DNA of 64,000 bases from Mayamaea pseudoterrestris (lineage: Eukaryota), in NCBI GenBank assembly GCA_027923505.1, contig BROI01000029.1:124001-188000 (forward strand), given 5' to 3'. The notes under the pieces were generated by a model that saw nothing but the letters and a program-made list of their open reading frames with translations, was not told the DNA's origin and made no database searches. The first letter of the stretch is position 1. Every line of letters begins with the position of its first letter. Below are positions 9,701 through 21,991 of this stretch, in pieces. Position numbers and translations under genes: made by a program.

Positions 9701-12700
9701 GTGTTTGAATGTCAAGGCATCTGTGGCTGAGACTGGTGACAAGTTGTCACCAACAATTGACCCCGAGACACCAGCCAGGATACCATCTTGTAGCACAGCC
9801 AAAAGATGTTGGCACCATTCTGGTGTCATTTGGGTGTATAATGGCCCTGTAGGGGTATTTGAATGTCAAGGCATCTGCGAGACTGGTGACGAAGTTGTCA
9901 CCAAATACATTGCCGCCCTGAGACACCAGCCAGGATACCATCTTGTAGCGCAGCCTGAAAAATGATGTTGGCACCATTCTGGTGTCATTTGGGTGTATAC
10001 ATGGCCTGCTGTAGGGGTGTTTGAATGTCAAGGCATCTGCGCTGGATGGTGACAAGTTGTCACCAAATACATTGCCGTCCCTGAGACACCAGCCAGGCAT
10101 ACCATCTTGTAGCGCAGCCCAAAAATTGGATTGGTGTATTTGGGTGTATACATGGCTGCTGTAGGGGCATTTGAATGTCAAGGCATGGGGAGACTGGTGA
10201 CAAGTTGTCACCAAATACATTGCATTCCCCTGAGACACCACAGGACCAGCAACATTGAGCGCAGCAAAAAATGATGTTGGCACATTCTGGTGTCATTTGG
10301 GTGTATACATGGCTGCTGTAGGGTTTGAATGTCAAGGATCCGGGCTGAGACTGGTGACAAGTTGTCACCAAATACATTGCGTCCCGAGACACAAGCCAGG
10401 CTTACCATTTGTAGCACACCGAAAATTGTTGGTACCATTCTGGTGTCTTTGGGTGTATAATGGCTGCTGTAGGGTTTTGAATGTCAAGGATCTGTGGGCT
10501 GAGACTGGTGACAAGTTGTCACCAAATAATTGCCGTCCCCTGAGACACCAACCAGGTACTCTTGCACAGAAAAAATGATGTTGGATGTGTCATTTGGGTG
10601 TATACATGGCCTGCTGTAGGGGCATTTAATGTCAAGCATCTGCGGGCTAGACAGGTGACAAGTTGTCACCAAATACATTGAGTCCCCTGAGACACCAGGG
10701 CCTACCATCTTGTAGGCGCCAAAGATTGGCGACGTGTCATTTGGGTGTATACATGGCTGTGTGGGCATTTGAATGTCAAGGATCTGCGGGCTGAGACTGG
10801 TGACAAGTTGTCACCAAATACATTGCGAGACACCAGAGGATATCTTGAGCACAGCCGAATAATAGTGGCACCACTCTGGTGTCATTTGGGTGTATACATG
10901 GCCTGTTGTAGGGGCGTTTGAACGTCAAGGATGGGTGAGACTGGTGACAAGTTGTCACCAAATACATTGCCGACCCCTGAGACACCAGCCAGGCATACCA
11001 TCTTGTAGCGCAGCCCAAAAAGATTTGGCACCATTCTGGTGTCATTTTTGGGTGTATACATGGCCTGCTGTAGGGATTTGAATGTCAAGGAGTGAGAGTG
11101 GTGACAAGTTGTCACCAAAAATTGCAGTTCCCTGAGACACCAGCCAGGCAACTTGTAGCGCAGCGAAATAATGATGTTGGACCATTCTGGTGTCATTTGG
11201 GTTATACATGTGTAGGGGATGAATGTCGAGGATCTATGGATGAGACTGGTGACAAGTTGTCACCAAATACAAGTCCCCTAGAGACAGATGAGGCAGTATA
11301 ATGTTGGACTTCGGTCGTCATTTGGGTGTATACATGGCTGCTGTTGGGTTTGAATGTCAAGGATCTGAGGAGATTGGTGACAAGTTGTCACCAAAATTAT
11401 TGATCCCTGAGACACCAGCAGGATACCATCTTGTAGCGAGCCTGAATAATATTTGGATTGTGTATTTGGGTGTATACATGGCTGCGTAGGGGTATTTGAA
11501 TGTCAAGGATCTAGTGAGACTGGTGACAAGTTGTCACCAAATACATTGCATCCCCCGGAGCACACAGCCAGGATACCATCTTGTAGCGCAGCCAAATAAT
11601 GTTGGACCATTCTGGTGTCATCGGGTGTATACATGTCAAGTTGTAGGGTGTTTGAATGTCAAGGTGGGCGAGAGGTGACAAGTTGTCACCAAATACATTG
11701 TAGTCCCTGAGACACCAGCCAGGCTTACCATCTTGTAGCACAGCTAAAAATGATGTTGGCATGGTTATTTGGTGTTACATGGCTGTTGTAGGGTATTGAA
11801 TGTCAAGGATCGTTGGCTGAGACTGGTGACAAGTAGTCACCAAATACATTGCAGTCCCCTAGACACCAAGGACCATCTTTACGCAGCTAAAAAATGTTGG
11901 CGCCATTGTCATTTGGGTGTATACATGGTCTGTGTAGGGGATTTGAATGTCATGGCATCTGCGGGATGAGACTGGTGACAAGTTGTCACCAAATACATTG
12001 CAGTCCCCTGAGACACCAGCCAGGCATACCATCTTGTAGCGCGCCAAAAAATGATGTTGGCACGATTCTGGTGTCATTTGGGTGTATACATGGCTGCTGT
12101 AGGGGCCTTTGAATGTCAAGGCATCCATGGCTGAGACTGGTACAAGTGTCACAAATTCTGAGACAAGAGGCTTACATTGTCGCGCAGAATAATGATGTTG
12201 GCACCACTCTGGTGTTGGGTGTATATCTGCTGTGGGGCTTGAAAATGTCAAGGCATCTGGGCTGAGACGGGTGACAAGTTGTCACCAAATACATTTGCCA
12301 TCCCCTGATACACCAGCCAGGCATAGTACCCATCTTGTCGCAGCCAAATATATGTTGGACATTCTGGTGTCATTTGGGTGTATACATGGCTGCTGAAGGG
12401 GCATTTGAATGTCAAAGGCATCTAAGGCTGAGATGTGACAAGTTGTCACCAACATAATTGCCGCTCCTGAGACACCAGCCAGTATACCTATTCAGTCCCA
12501 ATAATGATGTTCTGTCTTTTGGGTGTTACATGGCTGCTGTTGGGCAATTGAATGACAAGTGCCACCAAAAATTGACCTCGGACAAGCAGGCTCTTGTAGT
12601 GCAGCCTAAAAAATGATGTTGGCGCCATTCTGGTGTTATTTGGGTGTATACATGGCCTGCTGCAGGGTGTTGAATGTCAAGGATCAATGGATGAGACTGG

Positions 12701-15700
12701 TGACAAGTTGTCACCAAATACAATGCAGTCCCCAGACACCAGCCAGGCATACCATCTGTAGCGCAGCTTCCAAATAATGATGCTGGCGCCATTCTGGTCT
12801 TTGGGTGCATACGGCTGCTGCGTTTGAATGTCAAGGATCTGCGGATGAGCTGGGTGACAAGTTGTCACCAAATACATTGAGTCCCCTGAGACACAAGCCA
12901 GGCATACCATCTTGTATCGCGGCCTAAATAATGATGTTGGCACCATTCTGATGCTCTCTGGGTGTATACATGGCTGCTGTAGGGATTTGAATGTCATGCC
13001 ATCTGCGAGCGGAGATTGGTGGACGTTGTCACAACAATTAGTCCCTGGAGACATCGGCCAGGCATACCATCTTGTAGCGCAGCCTGAATAATGAGGTTGG
13101 CACCATCTCTGTCATTTGGGTGTATAAGCATGGCTGCTGTAGATTTGAATGTAAGATCTTGGCTGAGACTGGTGACAAGTTGTCACCAAATACATTGCCG
13201 CTCCCTGAGACACCAGCCAGGCATACCATCTTAGCACAGCCTAAATACGATGTTGACACCATTCTGGTGTTATTTGGGTGTGTATACATGGCCTGCTGTA
13301 GGGGCATTTGAATGTCAAGGCATCTATGGCTGGAGACTGGTGACAAGTTGTCACCAAATACATTGCCATCCCTGGAGACACCAGCCAGGCATACCATCTT
13401 GTAGCGCAGCCTAAATAATGATGTTGGTTTGTCTTTGGGTGTCAAGGATTCATGGGCTGAGACTGGTGACAAATCATCACTTAATACATTGCCGTCCCCT
13501 GAGACAAAAGCCAGGCATACCATCTTGTAGCGCATCCCATATAATCATGTTGGCACCATTCTAGTGTACTTTGGGTGTATACATGGCCTGCTGTAGGGGC
13601 ATTTGGATGTCAAGGCATCTGCGGGCTGAGACTGATAACAAGTTGTCACCAAATACATTGCAGTCCCCTGAGACACCAGCCAGGCATACCATCTTGTAGC
13701 GCATCCCATATAATGATGTTGGCACCATTCTGGTGTCATTTGGGTGTATACATGGCCTGCTGTAGGGGCATTTGAATGTCAAAGCATCTGCAGGCTGAGA
13801 CTGGTGACAAGTTGTCACCAAATACATTGCCATCCCCTGAGACACCAGCCAGGCATATCATCTTGTAGCACAGCCTAAATCATGATGTTGGCACAAATCT
13901 GGTGTCATTTGGGTGTACACATGGCCTGCTGTAGGAGCATTTGAATGTCAAGGCATCTGCGGGCTGAGACTGGTGACAAGTTGTCACCAAATACATTGCC
14001 ATCCCCTGAGACACCAGCCAGGCATACCATCTTGTCGCACATCCTATTATGTCATTTGGGCGTGGGTGTTTGAATGGCAAGGCATCTGCGGGCTGAGACT
14101 GGTGACAAGTTGTCACCAAATACATTGCCGTCCCCTGAGACACCAGCCAGGCATACCATCTTGTAGCACAGCCTAAATAATGATGTTGGCACCATTCTGG
14201 TGTCATTTGGGTGTAATAATAATAATAACTCAATGATTTACTTTGTAGTAGTTAACTATCTACAAAGCAGCCAATGCGGCTTTATTGTCGCTGTCATTTG
14301 GGTGTATACATGGCCTGCTGTAGGGGTGTTTGAACGTCAAGGCATCTGTGGGCTGAGACTGGTGACAAGTTGTCACCAAATACATTGCAGTCCCCTGAGA
14401 CACCAGCCAGGCATACCATCCTGTAGCGCATCCCATATAATGATGTTGGCACCATTCTGGTGTCATTTGGGTGTATACATGGCCTGCTGTGGGGGCGTTC
14501 AAAAGTCAAGGCATCTGCGGGCCGAGACTGGTGACAAGTTGTCACCAAATACATTGCTGTCTCCTGAGACACCAGCCAGCATAACATCTTGTAGCGCCCA
14601 TTCCCTATAATGATGTTGGCACCATTCTGGTGTCATTTGGGTGTATACATGGCCTGCTGTAGGGGCATTTGAATGTCAAGGCATCTGCAGGCGGAGACTG
14701 GTGACAAGTTGTCACCAAATACATTGCCATCCCCTGAGACACCAGCCAGGCATACCATCTTGTAGCGCAGCCTAAATAATGATGTTGGCACCATTCTGGT
14801 GTCATTTGGGTGTATACATGGCCTGCTGTAGGGGCATTTGAATGTCAAGGCATCTGCGGGCTGAGACTGGTGACAAGTTGTCACCAAATACATTGCAGTC
14901 CCCTGAGACACCAGCCAGGCATACCATCTTGTAGCGCATCCCATATAATGATGTTGGCACCATTCTGGTGTCATTTGGGTGTATACATGGCCTGCTGTAG
15001 GGGCATTTGAATGTCAAGGCATCTCCAGGCTGAGACTGGTGACAAGTTGTCACCACATACATTGCTGTCTTTTGAGACACCAGCCAGGCATACCATCTTG
15101 TAGCACAGCCTAAATAATGATGTTGGCACCATTCTGGTGTCATAAAAACCAGAACTTTGGGTAGTATACAGCCTGCGTCAGGTGTATACATGGCCTGCTG
15201 TAGGGGTGTTTGAACGTCAAGGCATCTGTGGGCTGAGACTGGTGACAAGTTGTCACCAAATACATTGCAGTCCCCTGAGACACCAGCCAGGCATACCATC
15301 TTGTAGCGCATCCCTATATAATGATGTTGGCACCATTCTGGTGTCATTTGGGTGTATACATGGCCTGCTGTAGGGGCATTTGAATGTCAAGGCATCTGCA
15401 GGCTGAGACTGGTGACAAGTTGTCACCAAATACATTGCCGTCCCCTGAGACAAAAGCCAGGCATACCATCTTGTAGCGCATCCCATATAATGATGTTGGC
15501 ACCATTCTGGTGTCATTTGGGTGTATACATGGCCTGCTGTAGGGGCATTTGAATGTCAAGGCATCGGTGGGCTGAGACTGGTGACAAGTTGTCACCAAAT
15601 ACATTGCAGTCCCCTGAGACACCAGCCAGGCATACTATCCTGTAGCGCAGCCTAAATAATGATGTTGGTACCATTCTGGTGTCATTTGGGTGTATACATG

Positions 15701-18700
15701 GCCTGCTGTAGGGGCATTTGAATGTCAAGGCATCTGCGGGCTGAGACTGGTGACAAGTTGTCACCAAATACATTGCAGTCCCCTGAGACACCAGCCAGGC
15801 ATACCATCTTGTAGCGCATCCCATATAATGATGTTGGCACCATTCTGGTGTCATTTGGGTGTATACATGGCCTGCTGTAGGGGCATTTGAATGTCAAGGC
15901 ATCTGCGGGCTGAGACTGGTGACAAGTTGTCACCAAATACATTGCAGTCCCCTGAGACACCAGCCAGGCATACCATCTTGTAGCGCATCCCATATAATGA
16001 TGTTGGCACCATTCTGGTGTCATTTGGGTGTATACATGGCCTGCTGTAGGGGCATTTGAATGTCAAGGCATCTGCGGGCTGAGACTGGTGACAAGTTGTC
16101 ACCAAATACATTGCAGTCCCCTGAGACACCAGCCAGGCATACCATCTTGTAGCGCATCCCATATAATGATGTTGGCACCATTCTGGTGTCATTTGGGTGT
16201 ATACATGGCCTGCTGTAGGGGCATTTGAATGTCAAGGCATCTGCGGGCTGAGACTGGTGACAAGTTGTCACCAAATACATTGCAGTCCCCTGAGACACCA
16301 GCCAGGCATACCATCTTGTAGCGCAAAGCCTCAATAATGATTTTGGCACCATTCTGATGTCATTTGGGTGTATACATGGCCTGCTGTAGGGGCATTTGAA
16401 TGTCAAGGCATCTGCGGGCTGAGACTGGTGACAAGTTGTCACCAAATACATTGCTGTCCCCTGAGACACCAGCCAGGCATACCATCTTGTAGCGCATCCC
16501 ATATAATAATGTTGGCACCATTCTGGTGTCATTTGGGTGTATACATGGCCTGCTGTAGGGGTGTTTGAATGTCAAGGCATCTGCGGGCTGAGACTGGTGA
16601 CAAGTTGTCACCAAATACATTGCAGTCCCCTGAGACACCAGCCAGGCATACCATCTTGTAGCGCATCCCATATAATGATGTTGGCACCATTCTGGTGTCA
16701 TTTGGGTGTATACATGGCCTGCTGTAGGGGCATTTGAATGTCAAGGCATCTGCGGGCTGAGACTGGTGACAAGTTGTCACCAAATACATTGCAGTCCCCT
16801 GAGACACCAGCCTGTTATACCATCTTGTAGCGCATCCCATATAATGATGTTGGCACCATTCTGGTGTCATTTGGGTGTATACATGGCCTGCTGTAGGGGC
16901 ATTTGAATGTCAAGGCATCTCCAGGCTGAGACTGGTGACAAGTTGTCACCACATACATTGCTGTGTTTTGAGACACCAGCCAGGCATACCATCTTGTAGC
17001 GCATCCCATATCATGATGTTGGCACGATTCTGGTGTCATTTGGGTTTATACATGGCCTGCTGTAGGGGCATTTGAATGTCAAGGCATCTGCGGGCTGAGA
17101 CTGGTGACAAGTTGTCACCAAATACATTGCAGTCCCCTGAGACACCAGCCAGGCATACCATCTTGTAGCGCATCCCATATAATGATGTTGGCACCATTCT
17201 GGTGTCATTTGGGTGTATACATGGCCTGCTGTAGGGGCATTTGAATGTCAAGGCATCTGCGGGCTGAGACTGGTGACAAGTTGTCACCAAATACATTGCA
17301 GTCACCTGAGACACCATCCAGTTATACCATCTTGTAGCGCATCCCATATAATGATGTTGGCACCATTCTGGTGTCATTTGGGTGTATACATGTTCTGCTG
17401 TAGGGGTGTTTGAATGTCAAGGCATCTGCGGGCTGAGACTGGTGACAAGTTGTCACCAAATACATTGCCATCCCCTGAGACAAAAGCCAGGCATACCATC
17501 TTGTAGCGCATCCCATATAATGATGTTGGCACCATTCTGGTGTCATTTGGGTGTATACATGGCCTGCTGTAGGGGTGTTTGAATGTCAAGGCATCTGCGG
17601 GCTGAGACTGGTGACAAGTTGTCACCAAATACATTGCAGTCCCCTGAGACACCATCCAGGCATATTATCCTGTAGCGCATCCCATATAATAATGTTGGCA
17701 CCATTCTGGTGTCATTTGGGTGTATACATGGCCTGCTGTAGGGGCATTTGAATGTCAAGGCATCTCCAGGCTGAGACTGGTGACAAGTTGTCACCAAATA
17801 CATTGCTGTCCCCTGAGACACCAGCCAGGCATACCATCTTGTAGCGCATCCCATATCATGATGTTGGCACGATTCTGGTGTCATTTGGGTGTATACATGG
17901 CCTGCTGTAGGGGCATTTGAATGTCAAGGCATCTGCGGGCTGAGACTGGTGACAAGTTGTCACCAAATACATTGCCGTCCCCTGAGACACCAGCCAGGCA
18001 TACCATCTTGTAGTGTAGCCTCAATAATGATGTTGGCACCATTCTGGTGTCATTTGGGTGTATACATGGCCTGCTGTATGCGTGTTTGAATGCCAAGGCA
18101 TCTGCGGGCTGAGACTGGTGACAAATTGTCACCAAATACATTGCAGTCCCCTGAGACACCAGCCAGTTATACCGTCTTGTAGTGCATCCCATATAATGAT
18201 GTTGGCACCATTCTGGTGTCATTTGGGTGTATACATGGCCTGCTGTAGGGGCATTTGAATGTCAAGGCATCTGCGGGCCGAGACTGGTGACAAGTTGTCA
18301 CCAAATACATTGCCGTCCCCTGAGACAAAAGCCAGGCATACCATCTTGTAGCGTAGCCTGAATAATTATGTTGGCACCATTCTGGTGTCATTTGGGTGTA
18401 TACATGGCCTGCTGTAGGGGTGTTTGAATGTCAAGGCATCTGCGGGCCGAGACTGGTGACAAGTTGTCACCAAATACATTGCTGTCCCCGGAGACAAAAG
18501 CCAGGCATACCATCTTGTAGCGCATCCCATATAATGATGTTGGCACCATTCTGGTGTCATTTGGGTGTATACATGGCCTGCTGTAGGGGTGTTTGAATGT
18601 CAAGGCATCTGCGGGCCAAGACTGGTGACAAGTTGTCACCAAATACATTGCTGTCCCCGGAGACAAAAGCCAGGCACACCATCTTGTAGCGTAGCCTGAA

Positions 18701-20280
18701 TAATTATGTAGGCACCATTCTGGTGTCATTTGGGTGTATACATGGCCTGCTGTAGGGGCATTTGAATGTCAAGGCATCTGCGGGCTGAGACTGGTGACAA
18801 GTTGTCACTAAATACATTGCAGTCCCCTGAGACACCAGCCAGGCATACCATCTTGTAGCGCATCCCATATAATGATGTTGGCACCATTCTGGTGTCATTT
18901 GGGTGTATACATGGCCTGCTGTAGGGGTGTTTGAATGTCAAGGCATCTGCGGGCTGAGACTGGTGACAAGTTGTCACCAAATACATTGCCAACCACGGAG
19001 ACACCAGCCAGGCATACCATCTTGTAGCGCATCCCATATAATGATGTTGGCACCATTCTGGTGTCATTTGGGTGTATACATGGCCTGCTGTAGGGGCATT
19101 TGAATGTCAAGGCATCTGCGGGCTGAGACTGGTGACAAGTTGTCACCAAATACATTGCAGTCCCCTGAGACACCAGCCAGTTATACCATCTTGTAGTGCA
19201 TCCCATATAATGATGTTGGCACCATTCTGGTGTCATTTGGGTGTATACATGGCCTACTGTAGGAACATTTGAATGTCAAGGCATCTGCGGGCTGAGACTG
19301 GTGACAAGTTGTCACCAAATACATTGCAGTCCCCTGAGACACCAGCCAGGCATACCATCTTGTAGTGCATCCCATATAATGATGTTGGCCCCATTCTGGT
19401 GTCATTTGGGTGTATACATGGCCTGCTGTAGGGGTGTTTGAATGTCAAGGCATCTGCGGGCTGAGACTGGTGACAAGTTGTCACCAAATACATTGCAGTC
19501 CCCTGAGACACCAGCCAGGCATACCATCCTGTAGCGCAGCCTAAATAATGATGTTGGCACCATTCTGGTGTCATTTGGGTGTATACATGGCCTGCTGTAC
19601 GGGCATTTGAATGTCAAGGCATCTGCGGGCCAAGACTGGTGACAAGTTGTCACCATATACATTGCCGTCCCCTGAGACAAAAGCCAGGCATACCATCCTG
19701 TAGCGCTGCCTATATAATGATATTGGCACCATTCTGGTGTCATTTGGGTGTGTACATGGCCTGCTGTAGGGGTGTTTGAATTACAAGGCATCTGTGGGCT
19801 GAGACTGGTGACAAGTTGTCACCAAATACATTGCCGTCCCCCGAGACAAAAGCCAGGCATACCATCTTGTAGCGCATCCCATATAATGATGTTGGCACCA
19901 TTCTGGTGTCATTTGGGTGTATACATGGCCTGCTGTAGGGGCATTTGAATGTCAAGGCATCTGCGGGCTGAGACTGGTGACAAGTTGTCACCAAATACAT
20001 TGCCAACCCCGGAGACACCAGCCAGGCATACCATCTTGTAGCGCAGCCTAAATATTGATGTTGGCACCATTCTGGTATAATTTGGGTGTATACATGGCCT
20101 GCTGTAGGGGTGTTTGTATATCAAGACATCTGAAGGCTGAGACTGGTGACATGTTGTCAGCAGATACCATGCAGTCCCTGGAGACACCAGCCAGGCATGC
20201 CATTTTGTAGCGCATTCCATATCATGATGTTGGCACCGTTCTGGTGATATTTGGGTGTATACATGCCTGCTGTAGGGGTG
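6707..20280. repeat. Tandem satellite array, 169-bp monomer, about 80 copies
   Basis: Exact 169-bp periodicity (monomers at 15682, 15851, 16020). Subfamily A ~6707-8300, subfamily B ~8305-20280. Degenerate to ~13500, highly homogeneous after. Confidence 0.97.
14216..14291 (-). mobile_element. 76-bp insertion resembling a 5'-truncated non-LTR retroelement 3' end
   Basis: Flanked by the 15-bp direct repeat TGTCATTTGGGTGTA (14201-14215, 14292-14306); (TAA)5 on + = (TTA)5 tail on -; internal palindrome 14241-14267. Confidence 0.65.
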
Positions 20281-20582
20281 ACTGTTAATTGTGGTAGGAT
20301 ATATCCAGACATGCTTCGCGACATTAATGGGTGTAACTTGGTGCGACATGCCATGCTTCTTAGCGTTCGTGCAGTCTACCGGTACGTACAGTACTCCAAT
20401 GACTCATAAAGTGACCGGTGGTTCTGCGAAATCATCTACTGGGCCAGTCAATTTACAAATTTATTAGTATACTGCGTCTGCTGAGCGCGCAAAAGTCTTT
20501 GCAGGCTTTGTGAAACCATTGATCCTACCACCTCCCCGCCCCGCGAATGTATTGGGTTGCTGAACATCATGGTTGCTGCTGG

Positions 20583-20656
20583 CTGGAAATGGTCAAAATT
20601 TCACACCCATGTCATGGCAGCATCATGAGCCAACAACCAGGCATTCCATCTTGTAA
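20583..20656. repeat. Diverged relic satellite half-monomer outside the array
   Basis: Ungapped manual alignment to the monomer segment CTGAGACTGG...CATCTTGTAG gives 52/74 identities. Confidence 0.65.
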
Positions 20657-20951
20657 TGAACACAGTTGCAACACCTAAATCTGGATTGGAATTTGAATCT
20701 TAGGCAGCTCATGTCCTACCGTGTTTAATCGGGACACTCTTTCATTGGTTGACCAAAAGATAAGCCCCGTATTTTTGAACGTGGACCGTTGGATCTTGAC
20801 ACCGAAGATCAACACCAATCGCCAATCTCGAGAAAGCCACTCCTCGCTGCCGCAATCCAAACATTCTCGACCAAGCGAACAAGTCCAACACAACTTGTAG
20901 CTTTCAAAGATCCTTATTCGCTTCATTTATCTCTTCCGACAACTTATTATC

Positions 20952-21631
20952 ATGGGCAAGGGAGGACGCGACGACGCCATCGACGAGGGGAAGGTTATCC
21001 TCTGCTGCGCCTTGGGATGCTTCAACTTGGGGCTCTACAAAGCATTTGATGCGATTGGCTGCAGCGGCAAGGCAAGTTGAATGCTTGTTGAAGTGGGCTC
21101 GGTTTAAATGTGTTTATTTGGCTATTAGAGATTTACAGAGCAGATCTGTCTATCTGAGATTTGGAGCTTGGAATGACAGCGAACGCAAAGATTCGTCTTG
21201 GTGATGCGATCCATGTTCTTTCGTTACAGTGCTCCATTATATTAGTCTATTTCCTCAACTACAGTATTCTTCATAAACATTTGTCAGGCTGGTCTTTGTT
21301 GCGTCAACATGGAGTGCTGCTGCAAGGGTGGAGCTCCATACCTTTTTCCATTTGGTTGCCTCGGATTGAGGTGCGAGTGCGACGGCTGCTCATGCATCAA
21401 CGCTCAGGTACGTTACAATGTATAATAACGGTATTTGGTTGTTTGTACAAGTACGTTAATTCTGAAGCTTCCTGTTTTCACTGCTTTCAGTGCCACACTT
21501 GCTGCCTCGTTGGTTCGGCTGCCATTCCTTGCAACAAGGAGGTTCCTGTGGCTTTGGTCGTTCTTGGCTTGGATCTTTACCCCAAGATGGGCTGTTGCAA
21601 GAATCAGTTGGAGATGATGGTTCGCGAGTAA
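20952..21631 (+). CDS. Small Cys-rich protein, paralog 1 (126 aa; exons 20952-21071, 21288-21407, 21491-21631)
   Basis: Spliced manually: MGKGGRDDAIDEGKVILCCALGCFN...CCVNMECCCK...CHTCC...AIPCNKEVPVALVVLGLDLYPKMGCC; 20 Cys; colinear with two neighbours. Confidence 0.85.
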
Positions 21632-21991
21632 TCATTGGGTAGAAATGATGGCAGTTTCGCTTCGAATTCAGTGTTGTGGACAGATGCATGGGTGGGTCAT
21701 ATGTAACGACAAGATCTATTTCGCATCTATTAGTATTGGCTGTTTTTATATATTTGCTATTGTTATATCATAGTATAGACACTAGTGCTACAAATTCCAG
21801 TTCATTCAATATTTTCCAACATTGATAAGTCATGGATTTGATATCGATTGTTGGCATGAGCAACCGAGCTAAATTTGTTCGAAAAACCGGTGCGACATTT
21901 TTCCGGCACGAAGCTGGAACATCGTCGAACAGTAACGTCACGACATCCAGCCCGCGACGCAAGCCAATGGCACCTTCATCATACACACAAA

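Noticed and set aside
6707..20280. Many Cys/His-rich 60-180 aa ORFs in the array
   Set aside because: By-products of a 169-bp repeat that is not a multiple of 3; frames shift every monomer.
6707..20280. CRISPR array, or tandem 5S/tRNA/hammerhead RNA genes
   Set aside because: No unique spacers, no cas genes, no cloverleaf or 5S similarity, and no CUGANGA/GAAA core on either strand.
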